From NCBI GenBank assembly GCA_963663865.1, contig OY760686.1, forward strand, positions 2,944,001 through 3,008,000: a stretch of DNA of 64,000 nucleotides. Direction: 5' to 3'. This document shows, one piece after another, positions 10,736 to 20,991 of this stretch (the first letter of the stretch is position 1; every line of letters begins with the position of its first letter). This DNA is from Spirochaetota bacterium. Its GTDB lineage: Bacteria > Spirochaetota > UBA4802 > UBA5550. The translations under genes were made by a program, and so were the position numbers. The notes under the pieces are model-generated. The model did not search any database. It saw nothing but the letters and a program-made list of their open reading frames with translations, and was not told the DNA's origin.

Positions 10736-11488
10736 ATGAACCTACACAGATACCGTGCCGTGAGACTCCTCATATTGACCGGCATACTCTTTTGCATGCC
10801 CGCTTTTACGCCGGGGAATGTCAAACTTAAAATAGCCGACTACCAGAACCTGGTCAGCCTTAAAATTCCGGCCCCCCCCGAGCCGCTCAACATGGTCAAT
10901 CTTGACGCGCTCGGCAGAGACAGTGAGAAGCTTGTACCGGGAACACTGTTCACCTACAGAGGAAGGAGTGCGGACTCCGTAAAGATCTGCGCGAGCTTTA
11001 CGGGTTGGGACCCGGTTCCAATGAATAAGGGGAGACATGGTGTGTGGTACTACTTCAAACCATTGTCCGCCGGAGACAGCGAATACAGCTATAAATACAT
11101 CGTGGACGGCATTTACATTCGCGATCCGTTGAATTTCTCAAAAAAGGACGACGGAGCCGGTTCCTATGTGTCGGTGACATATCCGCCTCCGGAAAGATTC
11201 AATCCCCGGCTCTCATACAGAATTCTGGGGAAAAACAGGGTCGAGTTCCGGCATTTCCGCCCCAGGGCAAGATTTATATCTGTTGTCGGAGATTTCAACG
11301 GCTGGAATCCGGAAAACGACGTTATGACCCGGGGGAAAGACGGCGTGTGGAGACTTTTAAAGCGCCTTCCATCAGGTACGTACAGATACAAGCTGGTAAT
11401 TGACGGAGAATGGAAGGCTGACATATACAACAGCAATTCCGCCTCTGACAAGACCGGGGATTTATGTTCCGTGGTTACAGTAAAATAA
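10736..11488 (+). CDS. exported protein with two CBM48/AMPK1-type glycogen-binding domains
   Basis: Two repeats of (S/D)FxGW...GVW...YK..DG. Confidence 0.85.
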   Translation: MNLHRYRAVRLLILTGILFCMPAFTPGNVKLKIADYQNLVSLKIPAPPEPLNMVNLDALGRDSEKLVPGTLFTYRGRSADSVKICASFTGWDPVPMNKGRHGVWYYFKPLSAGDSEYSYKYIVDGIYIRDPLNFSKKDDGAGSYVSVTYPPPERFNPRLSYRILGKNRVEFRHFRPRARFISVVGDFNGWNPENDVMTRGKDGVWRLLKRLPSGTYRYKLVIDGEWKADIYNSNSASDKTGDLCSVVTVK

Positions 11489-11558
11489 AAGAGCCAGAAT
11501 CGAATAAAGTCGCCTGAAAAATCGTTGCATTTTTTACAGGATTTATTTACTTGAAAGT

Positions 11559-12119
11559 ATGACAGAATATATTAGAAATAATGCTTTCAAGGACGTGCCG
11601 GTAAAAGAGTCGCTTGCAGTTTCGAACGACGAAGACTTTCTGGAAGAAAGCCTTGAGGATATTATAGACAGGGCTTATGACAGTATTGACTCGTGTGACT
11701 ACCTTCAGGCCTTCAAGCTATTCAGCTACGGCTCAACCCTGGATGACCGGGACCCGGAGATTCTAAACGGACTCGGTGTAGCGCTTTGCGAGTTAGGAAA
11801 GCTTGATGAGTCACGCCTGGTCCTTGAGAGAGCATTCAGGTTCAATCCGGACGACGCAATCACATGTGCCAACCTTGCCGGCGTTCACTGGGAAATCAAT
11901 AACTACGACATGGCCGCCTATTACTATAAAAGATCTATAGACCTTGATCCCATGATGGAAGAATCGTACTATAATCTGGCCAACCTGTACATTGAGACCG
12001 GCTCGCTCTATATGGCTTTTATTCTGTGCTCTGAGCTCAAGAAACAGTTTCCCGCCAGCCTTGACGCTACTGACCTGATGGACGACATCATTCTAAACAT
12101 GGCTCTTTCCATGTACTGA
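11559..12119 (+). CDS. TPR repeat protein
   Basis: ILNGLGVAL, NLAGVH, YYNLANLY. Confidence 0.85.
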   Translation: MTEYIRNNAFKDVPVKESLAVSNDEDFLEESLEDIIDRAYDSIDSCDYLQAFKLFSYGSTLDDRDPEILNGLGVALCELGKLDESRLVLERAFRFNPDDAITCANLAGVHWEINNYDMAAYYYKRSIDLDPMMEESYYNLANLYIETGSLYMAFILCSELKKQFPASLDATDLMDDIILNMALSMY

Positions 12120-12124
12120 GAATT

Positions 12125-12613
12125 TCAGTATTTACTGAAGGTTTTTCTCACATATTCATTTACAGTGGAATCCCCTCCAGCAGGCGTGGATATGTCTCCG
12201 GAGAGGTCAAGCTTCCAGCTTCCATTTTCAAAAACGGCCCTGAGCCTGACAGGCATCCCTACTATGTTCTGGCTTGAATGCCTTGTAAATCTCACATCTA
12301 TTATCGCGGTCTCATCTGACATCTCTGGCGGGGGGCATATCCACTTATCGCCCGTGTCAGCGATCTTTAAAACAGAGAAAAGTTTCTCCTTTGTAATTAG
12401 CCCTTTTCTGACAAGGCTTTCAGCTTCAGCCAGAGTACCGGCCGAATAGCAGGCCCTTAGCTCACTGTACGACTTGGAATCCCTGACGCACGCAACCGCC
12501 GACTCAGGCAGGCTGCTCTCTTCAGCCGGTTTCTTTTTTCCGCATCCTGTAAAAAAAGCAGGCGCTGAGACACAGAGCATAACCGTACATACAAATCTTA
12601 AATAAAAACCCAT
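12125..12613 (-). CDS. putative lipoprotein (NTF2-like/DUF4878-like)
   Basis: Lipobox FTGC; C-terminal ENGSWKLD. Confidence 0.65.
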   Translation of the reverse strand: MGFYLRFVCTVMLCVSAPAFFTGCGKKKPAEESSLPESAVACVRDSKSYSELRACYSAGTLAEAESLVRKGLITKEKLFSVLKIADTGDKWICPPPEMSDETAIIDVRFTRHSSQNIVGMPVRLRAVFENGSWKLDLSGDISTPAGGDSTVNEYVRKTFSKY

Positions 12614-12683
12614 GCGGCCCCATCCTCCCCCTTTTGAATCTTACCTGCGATACGTCCGGGCAAACCGAAACTGCCGGCCTTCA

Positions 12684-15236
12684 TCAATGTCCAAGAAGGT
12701 CGCTGCTTATATCGTTAATTATCGCGTTGTCTGTTTCGGTCTGTATATTCTTTATCACCGACCTTTTCTGTTCTCTCACCAGGTTCTCAGAGGGGCCCTT
12801 CCTGGCTGCCCTGACTCCAACATCGCTTCCGTTGCAGGAGGCACACTCTTCAGTAGGCTCTGTTCCCGGAATAAAGATTTCGCTAATCTTGCTTAAACAT
12901 CCAGGACCCGGAAGAAGCCCTGTTTTTGAACATATTTCCTTCTCTGCGAGAGCTGCGTATGCCGGAAAACCGGTAACCGGCACTCCTTTCATGGCTTCCT
13001 TCATGTAAGAAGCCCATACCGGAGCAGCCACCGCGCCGCCAGCCTGTCCCGGACCGAGAGAAAGCCCCATTTTATCATAGCCTATCCAGATACTCGTTGT
13101 GAGCTGAGGGGTAAATCCTACGAACCAGGCGTCCTTGTAGTTATTTGTAGTTCCAGTCTTACCTGCCGCCGGCCTTCCAATTGATGCACCCATGCCTGTT
13201 CCGGAGCTGACCACGCCCTGCATCATGCTTATCATAATCTGTGAGGTCTCGGGCTTAATAACCTGGATTGTGCCGTTATTGCGTTTTTCCTCAAGGAGCT
13301 TGTTTACATCAGCCTCCTGATTCTGTACTATTTTCCCGTCCCTGTCTTTTATATACCTTATGCTCAGAGGAATTACATCTCGTCCGCCGTTGGCAATAAT
13401 CGCATAGGCTCTTGTAAGCTCGAAGGGACTCACCTCTATTGAGCCGAGGGCGATAGAGAAGTTTCTGGGAATTCTGCTCCTGGCTTCCTCCTGGTTGAAT
13501 TTGAGCAGCCTCGTATAATACTGCGTAACCGTATCTATGCCGAGCTGATCGGCCAGTCTTATTGAGATTACATTCAGAGAAAGCGCGAGTGCCTTCCTGA
13601 GACGCACCAGCCCCTGATAGTCGCCCTCATAGTTCTCAGGCAGCCAATCTCCTCCTTCCGTGTCGAGATAGACTATCGGAGAGTCAAGTATAGCGCTGGC
13701 AGGCGTAAACTTTCCTGATTCAATTGCGGCTGAATACAGCAGCGGCTTGATTGATGATCCCGGCTGCCTGCGCGACTGCATGGTGCGGTTAAGCTGGTTA
13801 TAGGTGGTGAAATCTGAACCGCCCACCATGGCCTCAATGTAGCCGTTCCGCTGATCTATCGAAAGGAAACAGCCCTGAACCCTCTGCTGCTCCCTGTCGT
13901 CAAGAAATGTTCCCCTGAATGATTCAGCAAGATCGTAAACAGGGGCCACTCCGGTTAGAAAATTGACGGCATCAAGCTCTTCTATCACATGGCTCCTGAT
14001 ATGCGCATTCAGCTTTACTGCTTCACGCGAGCCCCGTCTTTTCAGACCGGGTATGTCAAAGAGGTAGCTGAGAAACTCAACCGTTTCAGTGTACCGTTCG
14101 GCTATGTACCCGTCATCATTATATGAGAGCCCGGAAGAAACAGCTGTCTGCTTTTCAAGAGCAGCGGCCAGAACCTTCTCAGCCGCATCCTGTTTTCTGA
14201 TGTCCAGCGTTGTGTAGACGTTGAGACCCTGTTTGTAAACCACATCCTCGCCAAAATCCTCAACAAGCCTGCGGCGTATATACTCTGTAAACCACGGCGC
14301 CCTGTTGACCCTTGAAGTCCAGGTATTCCGCGTGGGAGCAAGTTCATTTATGCGCATCAGGTAGTCCGGCCAGAAATCAAGGTAGCTCTTTTCAGCCTGT
14401 TCGACACTCAGGAAGCCGAGTTCAACCATCCTCGCCAGTACGACCCTGTGCCTCTGCATGGATAGCTTTGTGTGTCTAATGGGAGAGTAACGGTTTGGCG
14501 CGGAAGGCAGGGTGGCTATGAGAGCGCATTCAGCTGTGTTGAGCTCATTTACGCTCTTCTGGAAGTAAAACTGAGCAGCGGCCTCAACCCCGTAAGCTCC
14601 ATGACCCAGAAATATCTGATTGAGGTACATGCCATAAATCTGCTCTTTAGTAAAGGTAAACTCCATCATCAGTGCGATGAAGGCCTCCTTTGCCTTCCGG
14701 TAAAGGCTTCTCTCCCTGTCTGTCAGAAGTATCTTGGAGAGCTGTTGTGTGATAGTGCTTCCCCCCTGCTTTACACCCCCGGCAGCGATGTTAACAAAGA
14801 AGGCACGGATAATTCCTTTCGCATTAATTCCTGAATGGCTGTAGAACTCGGTGTCCTCAATCGCCATTACCGCGTTTTTCAAATCATCCGGGATACTCTC
14901 GAAGGGAACGACTTCCCTTTTCTCCTGAAAAAGCTCCGCGATAAGCACATCGTTTCTGTCATATATCTTTGTGGTCACGCTTGGCCTGAATGAGGTCAGC
15001 TCCTTGACCTTCTGAAAGTCAAGATATACAATGACTCCGAAAGCGATAATAAAACCTACAGCGATTCCGGCAGCTGCGATCCTGTACCGGTTCAAGAGCA
15101 TTAACAAAGCCCCCGAAACCACCCTGACGGCCGCGATTGTCCTGTTGAGCAGATTATCCAGAAAAGCCAGAACCCTTCCGAACCATCCGCCTCCGGGCAT
15201 TCCATAGCTGCCCCGGCTGCTTCCCATATATCTCAT
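12684..15236 (-). CDS. class A penicillin-binding protein (PBP1A)
   Basis: Transglycosylase EDxxFxxHxG and GGSTITQQL; transpeptidase SSIK, SLN, KTGT. Confidence 0.95.
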   Translation of the reverse strand: MRYMGSSRGSYGMPGGGWFGRVLAFLDNLLNRTIAAVRVVSGALLMLLNRYRIAAAGIAVGFIIAFGVIVYLDFQKVKELTSFRPSVTTKIYDRNDVLIAELFQEKREVVPFESIPDDLKNAVMAIEDTEFYSHSGINAKGIIRAFFVNIAAGGVKQGGSTITQQLSKILLTDRERSLYRKAKEAFIALMMEFTFTKEQIYGMYLNQIFLGHGAYGVEAAAQFYFQKSVNELNTAECALIATLPSAPNRYSPIRHTKLSMQRHRVVLARMVELGFLSVEQAEKSYLDFWPDYLMRINELAPTRNTWTSRVNRAPWFTEYIRRRLVEDFGEDVVYKQGLNVYTTLDIRKQDAAEKVLAAALEKQTAVSSGLSYNDDGYIAERYTETVEFLSYLFDIPGLKRRGSREAVKLNAHIRSHVIEELDAVNFLTGVAPVYDLAESFRGTFLDDREQQRVQGCFLSIDQRNGYIEAMVGGSDFTTYNQLNRTMQSRRQPGSSIKPLLYSAAIESGKFTPASAILDSPIVYLDTEGGDWLPENYEGDYQGLVRLRKALALSLNVISIRLADQLGIDTVTQYYTRLLKFNQEEARSRIPRNFSIALGSIEVSPFELTRAYAIIANGGRDVIPLSIRYIKDRDGKIVQNQEADVNKLLEEKRNNGTIQVIKPETSQIMISMMQGVVSSGTGMGASIGRPAAGKTGTTNNYKDAWFVGFTPQLTTSIWIGYDKMGLSLGPGQAGGAVAAPVWASYMKEAMKGVPVTGFPAYAALAEKEICSKTGLLPGPGCLSKISEIFIPGTEPTEECASCNGSDVGVRAARKGPSENLVREQKRSVIKNIQTETDNAIINDISSDLLGH

Positions 15237-15541
15237 CTGGTGAAAATACCCCGTTTTTTTTTACAGTCTCTGTTTGCCCGAATAATTTTCAACCATAAAT
15301 CATTCGTTATGTGAGATGAAGCCGGAATTCAACACCTTTCTACCAGTATCTTTTCCGCAACTCTCTGGATTTCCTGAAAAAAATCATAATAATTCCCATT
15401 TTTTTAACTCTAATCATATAGCCCCATTTAAAGGGCTTTTTGATATTGTATTCAATTATATTCGCTTATTTTCGCCATTATTCAGTCTAAATGGATTTTT
15501 ATGACAATGTCGACTTTGGAAATGATAAATAATGCTGATTA

Positions 15542-15580
15542 ATGCGGTCAAGGATGACTGCATCAGATTTCAAGGAGGAA
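15542..15580 (+). promoter_or_regulatory. CsrA-type binding hairpin plus SD in the flagellin leader
   Basis: ATGCGGTCA-AGGA-TGACTGCAT 9-bp stem with GGA loop; second AAGGA in the SD. Confidence 0.8.
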
Positions 15581-15582
15581 AT

Positions 15583-16431
15583 ATGATAATCAACCACAAT
15601 GTAGCGGCGATCTTTTCGCACCGAACCCTGAAGTTTCACGACTGGGATCTCACAAAGAACATTGAAAAGCTCTCTTCGGGCATGAGAATTAACAAGGCCG
15701 GCGACGATGCGTCAGGACTTGCCGTCTCCGAAAAGATGCGATCACAGATTCAGGGCCTCAGGCAGGCGGAAAGGAACACCGAAGACGGCATGTCGCTTAT
15801 TCAGACCGCTGAAGGATATCTGAGCGAGACACACAGCATCATCCAGCGAGTCAGGGTGCTTGCAGTACAGGCTGCTAACGGAATATACACAGCCGAAGAC
15901 CGCCAGCTCATTCAGGTAGAGGTGTCAGAGCTGATCGATGAAATCGACAGGATTTCTTCGCAGGCGGAATTCAACAAGATGAAGCTTCTGACAGGCTCGT
16001 TCGCAAGACTTCATCCGACGTCCTCAATGTGGTTCCACATGGGCCCGAATATGCACCAGAGAGAAAGAGTGTTCATTGAGACTATGACCACCGCGGCACT
16101 GGGATTGAGAAACCCTACCGTCCTCACCTTTGTCTCAATATCGACTCCGGGCAAAGCTAACTCGGTAATAGGCCTGGCCGACGAAGCTCTCAGAATAATA
16201 TCAAAACAGAGAGCCGACCTCGGAGCATACTACAACAGGCTTGAGCACGCAGCAAAGGGCCTCATGAACGCGTACGAAAACGTTCAGGCATCAGAAAGCC
16301 GCATCAGAGACGCGGACATGGCCGAAGAGATGTCTTCGTTTACAAGATACCAGATTCTCACGCAGGCAGCGACTTCAATGCTCGCGCAGGCGAATACAAA
16401 GTCACAATCTGTTCTCCAGCTGCTTCAGTAA
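15583..16431 (+). CDS. flaB: flagellar filament core protein FlaB
   Basis: [38 protein letters not shown]; AGGAGG SD. Confidence 0.97.
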   Translation: MIINHNVAAIFSHRTLKFHDWDLTKNIEKLSSGMRINKAGDDASGLAVSEKMRSQIQGLRQAERNTEDGMSLIQTAEGYLSETHSIIQRVRVLAVQAANGIYTAEDRQLIQVEVSELIDEIDRISSQAEFNKMKLLTGSFARLHPTSSMWFHMGPNMHQRERVFIETMTTAALGLRNPTVLTFVSISTPGKANSVIGLADEALRIISKQRADLGAYYNRLEHAAKGLMNAYENVQASESRIRDADMAEEMSSFTRYQILTQAATSMLAQANTKSQSVLQLLQ

Positions 16432-16461
16432 GCTTGAGCCAGCATCGCAATACCATTCGAC

Positions 16462-16498
16462 AAAAAAGGCCGGTAACTCCCAACCGGCCTTTATTTTT
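16462..16498 (+). terminator. intrinsic terminator after flaB
   Basis: AAAGGCCGGT/ACCGGCCTTT stem with T-rich tail. Confidence 0.85.
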
Positions 16499-16606
16499 CC
16501 CCACGGAATACATTACAACCACCGACACAGAGATCAACTCAGGCTCCCTTGACTAAAAAACTTCAATTTTGCCAATAATTAATATTGTTCAGTTTTGAGA
16601 AAATCT

Positions 16607-17311
16607 TTACTCTCCTCCACCGGGAACAAACCGGTACCACTCCATCAGGGGCTTCCACCCGTGATAGGTGAACTGCATAGTCTCAGAGAGTATCTCCTTC
16701 ATTTCAGTGTAACTAACCCTGTGCATCAGAATTTCTCTGACAGTGCTTATATAAAATGAAACGATATTATGCACGAAAAACTCTGAAATCGTAATATTAG
16801 CCTGTGGATACAGCTCCCTGGCCCTGCTGATGAAGCCCAGTGAGTACTCAGTGTAGTGGTCAATAATCTCCTCTGCAAAGTCCTCAAGCTCTGATCCGGC
16901 AGAACTGAAGGCAAGAAGCTCAAGGTTCTTTCTGTGCTTTTCGATAAAATCCGCAACAGCGGTCACGACACCCATGTGATATTCCAGGGTCCAGGACTCT
17001 GGCCTCTGTAAGTAATCAACACTCCGGAGGTCATCCAGAATAAGTCTGATGGCGCTGACTGTCGGCTCTACTATAGCCGTAAATATAGAGTCTTTACTTC
17101 CATAGTAGTTATATATATTTCCTGAAGAAATATCCGACTTCTCAGCAATCCTTCTGATGTTGGCCCTCATGAATCCGTATGCTTCGAATTCCAGCCTTGC
17201 CTCGTTGAGTATCCTTCTGCGGACGCTTTCTTTTAACGATTGAATTTCATTGTCCCCATTTCTATAATTATACTCAGCATGACTAAACCCAAAATTAAAA
17301 AGGTCAATCAT
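16607..17311 (-). CDS. TetR/AcrR family regulator
   Basis: ILNEARLEF..GF...IRRIA...SSGNIYNYYGSKDSIF; start ambiguous. Confidence 0.9.
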   Translation of the reverse strand: MIDLFNFGFSHAEYNYRNGDNEIQSLKESVRRRILNEARLEFEAYGFMRANIRRIAEKSDISSGNIYNYYGSKDSIFTAIVEPTVSAIRLILDDLRSVDYLQRPESWTLEYHMGVVTAVADFIEKHRKNLELLAFSSAGSELEDFAEEIIDHYTEYSLGFISRARELYPQANITISEFFVHNIVSFYISTVREILMHRVSYTEMKEILSETMQFTYHGWKPLMEWYRFVPGGGE

Positions 17312-17706
17312 AATTCCCCCTCATACCGCTCGTTTGGTTGAACAAACAAGTAAAATATATAGAGATGTCATGAAGAACACTGACATAAGTCCAATATAAG
17401 CGACCATCTAAGTTTTTCAACTGCTCTTTCATTTAGATGTTTCCCCGATATCAATTTCAGAAAGACTCAGTTCCTGACGCTAACAACCACTCATCACTGC
17501 GTTATTCAGCACCCCTGTAATTAGTCACAACTAACATTGATGACAAATTGTGTCAACTTTATATCTTTTTGAGTGTTTGATTCAATTTAAAAAAATCTGA
17601 AAAAAAGCGGCAACCAACCAGTGAAAACATGGGGTATGCCCATAATACCACAGTTAATATCTGTAATGCTTACACAGGTAAGGGCAAAAAAATAATTACT
17701 AATTCT

Positions 17707-18306
17707 TCATTTAATTCTATGATCTGTAAGAAGGAACTTAAGAACAATCTTCATTTCAATGCGATCATCATCGACGCAGTCTGGAATAGCCTCAAACGGT
17801 TCAGAATCTCTAACCGCTTCCACTGCAGCCCGGTCCAAATCCAAAAAACCCGAAGATTTCTCAACTCTAAGTCCATACACAAATCCACTTCGGATAATCC
17901 CGAATGCGACAAGAACCTCTCCTTCATGCCGTTTTCTGCGAGCCCATTCAGGATACCTTTTTTGTGCTGCAATTTTGCTTTTAACTACCGCGGTATATCC
18001 CGCTTCCAGTTTCGCCCCTAACCCATCCCGCTGGCCTTGAGTAGACTTATCGATTATACCATTCCCATCAGCTTCAGGATTAGATTCAACTCGGCCTCCC
18101 TCAATCTTCTCTACCAGGTTACCAGAGCCCCTAAATGACTCAGGAAGAAACTCCACCTCCTGAGAGCAGGACAAAGGCTGTTCCACTGGCTTGAGAAGCG
18201 TGCCACCTTCCGTCAGAACAATAGATGCAAGGCCGGCATGAATAAGAACTGAAAGCACAAACGAACACCTGAATAGGGTGTCTGACTTTTGTTTAAAGAA
18301 CTCCAT
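17707..18306 (-). CDS. tonB: energy transducer TonB
   Basis: TM with SVLIH; YPEWARR..EGEV; KSSG..LDRAA. Confidence 0.9.
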   Translation of the reverse strand: MEFFKQKSDTLFRCSFVLSVLIHAGLASIVLTEGGTLLKPVEQPLSCSQEVEFLPESFRGSGNLVEKIEGGRVESNPEADGNGIIDKSTQGQRDGLGAKLEAGYTAVVKSKIAAQKRYPEWARRKRHEGEVLVAFGIIRSGFVYGLRVEKSSGFLDLDRAAVEAVRDSEPFEAIPDCVDDDRIEMKIVLKFLLTDHRIK

Positions 18307-18322
18307 ACATACTTCTGTGCTC

Positions 18323-20398
18323 TTAAAAACTATAGGTCAGACTGCCATAAATAAACCGGCCCGGTTCATTCACAACTGAGACATTATTCCCTCCCACATC
18401 GGTAGGATCATACTCGTAGGAGTTTGATACTGCATAGGTTTTATTAAAAACATTGTTTATTCCCAGATTTAGTGCCGTTCCTTTCATAAAGCCGAAAAAA
18501 TTCTTTTCTTCGGTAAAACGGTATCCAATCTTTAAATTAAACACATCCCAGCCGTCAAGCCGCCTCTCTCCAGCTGGACTGTCAATACTGGTATCCGATT
18601 CAGAATGGGTCCATTCTACTGAGAGCGACAGGTCATTCCTATTCCATGATATATCCACCCTGGACTTTAGAGGCGGTATTTCAGCAAGGTCCTTATCATC
18701 ATTATCACTGAGAGTATCAATTTTCCTGCCTGTCTGGCATGATACGGCTCCGCTCAAAGTCAGGCCCTTAACTGGTTCCACAGCAACCGTAAAATCACCT
18801 CCGGCAATATAAACGTCAATATTTGTCCAGGTTTTTGCCGGAACTGTTGTCTGATAGATATAATCTGTGATATAGCTATAAAAGCCCTTCCCTTTAATTT
18901 TTATCTTTTTAAGCGGAGTGACTTCAAGGCCCAGGTCAGCCTCATGATTCCTGGCAGACTTAAGGTCAGGGTTTCCGTAAAACGTACTGCCCTGCTGAGT
19001 GTACCTCTCAACCGCGGTGGGTGTTCGAGTTGAAACACCGGCTCCGCCAAACAGTGTTATATTCTCAAGGGCATAGTATTTCATAAAAATATTCCCCCCT
19101 GGAAATATCTCCGTCACCTCGTTAGTTTGAGTTATTGAAAGACTGTCAATCAGGCGCCCTCCGGCTTTACTTCTGAATATATCCCCTCTTAATCCTGCAG
19201 TTATTGACAACAAGCCGATGTCACGATCAGCCTTAATATAGCCGCCAAAATCAACCTCGCCTACATCGGGAAAAAGATTGGGATTCATAACCTCGCCGGT
19301 TTCACGGCTAAATAGCTTCCCATCCCAGCTTCTGTAATAAAAATCAATTCCACATGTCAACCCAGCAAATGAGGTCATTGTTTTGTTCTCAACCTTCGCT
19401 CCAGTTATGCCAGATAATGCCTCAATACGTCTGGTGTTCACCACGCCTGATCTGTATTCTCCATATGGATAATGTTCTATACGATTATAGTACGCGGATA
19501 AAGACAGCAGTTCAGACATACTGCCCAAATTGCTATGAGCGTACTCGATTTTGTTCATGAATGTCTTTTCCTGTTTTATGTCCATGCCAGTACGTGGAGA
19601 TAAAATATCTTTCCCGGCTCCATATGAAGATGTCACAGCAAGTCTCTGCTTATCGGACATATCGAAATTAATTTTCCCCCAGAAATCATGTTTTGAGAAG
19701 GCATCTTTTGACTTTCCCGCCGCTGTATAGCTCTGATTAAAACTGGTCAAGGGGTTACCGCTTCCGTCTTTGTACTGTCCAGACCTGGAAAAATTATATC
19801 CGAACAGCCCCTGAATTAAATCATTGCCGCCAGTCAGAAAACCGCCCAGACTCATAAAATCAAATGACCCGTATTTCAGCTGGGTTTCTCCATGAAAGCC
19901 CTTTTGCGGGTCCTTTGTCTTAACGTTGACACTTCCCCCGAGAGCTCCCGGGACAGCAACATCAAATGGACCTTCATTTATCTGCATTTCTCCGACTGAA
20001 ATCATATTAATATGAGAAAGAGGAGGATCTTTTCTGCTTCCGCATGATCCTTCAACAAGAGTTCCGTCAGATGTAAATCTAAGGTTACTCTTGGTAAAAC
20101 CTCTCAGACCAACCTCATTGCCATATCCGCTCTTCCTGACCATTGAAGCTTCTACAAGCTCGTCAGCTATTACCTCTGAGAGATCGACAACCTTATGTGT
20201 TTTAATGCTTTTCCTGGATATCACCGTGGTATTTCCGCCACCCTGTCCCTGAGATGTCTCACTACTTTCAGCTTCAACCGTGATGGATCCCAGATTAAAC
20301 ACTGTACTTTGTGCCCTTAGCCCCATACTAAAAAACGCAGTAAGCATTCCAGCCAAATAAAAACGACATAATACTCGCACCAATTTCAAACCCTTCAT
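18323..20398 (-). CDS. TonB-dependent receptor, OprC/NosA-like metal receptor
   Basis: Plug CGSRKDPP, GNPDLK, C-terminal EPGR...YSF; ATG at 20398 after GGGAGG. Confidence 0.88.
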   Translation of the reverse strand: MKGLKLVRVLCRFYLAGMLTAFFSMGLRAQSTVFNLGSITVEAESSETSQGQGGGNTTVISRKSIKTHKVVDLSEVIADELVEASMVRKSGYGNEVGLRGFTKSNLRFTSDGTLVEGSCGSRKDPPLSHINMISVGEMQINEGPFDVAVPGALGGSVNVKTKDPQKGFHGETQLKYGSFDFMSLGGFLTGGNDLIQGLFGYNFSRSGQYKDGSGNPLTSFNQSYTAAGKSKDAFSKHDFWGKINFDMSDKQRLAVTSSYGAGKDILSPRTGMDIKQEKTFMNKIEYAHSNLGSMSELLSLSAYYNRIEHYPYGEYRSGVVNTRRIEALSGITGAKVENKTMTSFAGLTCGIDFYYRSWDGKLFSRETGEVMNPNLFPDVGEVDFGGYIKADRDIGLLSITAGLRGDIFRSKAGGRLIDSLSITQTNEVTEIFPGGNIFMKYYALENITLFGGAGVSTRTPTAVERYTQQGSTFYGNPDLKSARNHEADLGLEVTPLKKIKIKGKGFYSYITDYIYQTTVPAKTWTNIDVYIAGGDFTVAVEPVKGLTLSGAVSCQTGRKIDTLSDNDDKDLAEIPPLKSRVDISWNRNDLSLSVEWTHSESDTSIDSPAGERRLDGWDVFNLKIGYRFTEEKNFFGFMKGTALNLGINNVFNKTYAVSNSYEYDPTDVGGNNVSVVNEPGRFIYGSLTYSF

Positions 20399-20510
20399 AA
20401 TTCCTCCCAAAATATCCAATAGAAATTATTTCTGTTTAGAAAATACAAAAATACCTTCAGATAAATCCACGAACAAACTGGGAAGGAAATTATAATATTG
20501 CAAATAGAAT

Positions 20511-20948
20511 TTATTTCTGTTTGATACTTTTTTGTTTCTCCGCCATACAACGCTCACATATACCGTTTACCTGCATAAAATGACTAATCACCCTGAATCC
20601 GCTTACATTTTCAATGGCAGTCATACAACAGGCACTGATATCCTTAACCATTCCGCACTTTATGCATATGATGTGATGATGATGCGATGAATTTCCGGTT
20701 TCACACAAACCATAGTGTTTTTTTCTGTCGAACATCTGAACTCGCACCAGAATTCCGCACTCTACAAGGGTTTCAAGATTTCTGTAAACCCCCGGCAAAC
20801 CCCATTTTTCGAACTCTTCATTTAAACCGGTCCACACATCCTCAGCGGTTAAATGACGGTTCTGTTCGACAAAGAACTCAATAATGGCCTTCCTGCGTGG
20901 AGTCATTTTAAACCCCTGCGTCCGGAGGCTGTCAAAATAATCGTTCAT
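20511..20948 (-). CDS. Fur family regulator (Zur-like)
   Basis: TPRR, HLTAEDV, VYRNL, HHHHIICIKCG, CERC. Confidence 0.92.
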   Translation of the reverse strand: MNDYFDSLRTQGFKMTPRRKAIIEFFVEQNRHLTAEDVWTGLNEEFEKWGLPGVYRNLETLVECGILVRVQMFDRKKHYGLCETGNSSHHHHIICIKCGMVKDISACCMTAIENVSGFRVISHFMQVNGICERCMAEKQKSIKQK

Positions 20949-20991
20949 AAATCAACCTTTCCGTCAATATTACTGAAACTTAAGCCGCTCT

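Noticed and set aside
15488-15516. Possible sigma28 promoter TAAA...GTCGACTT upstream of flaB
   Set aside because: Spacing is too long and the -10 match is poor
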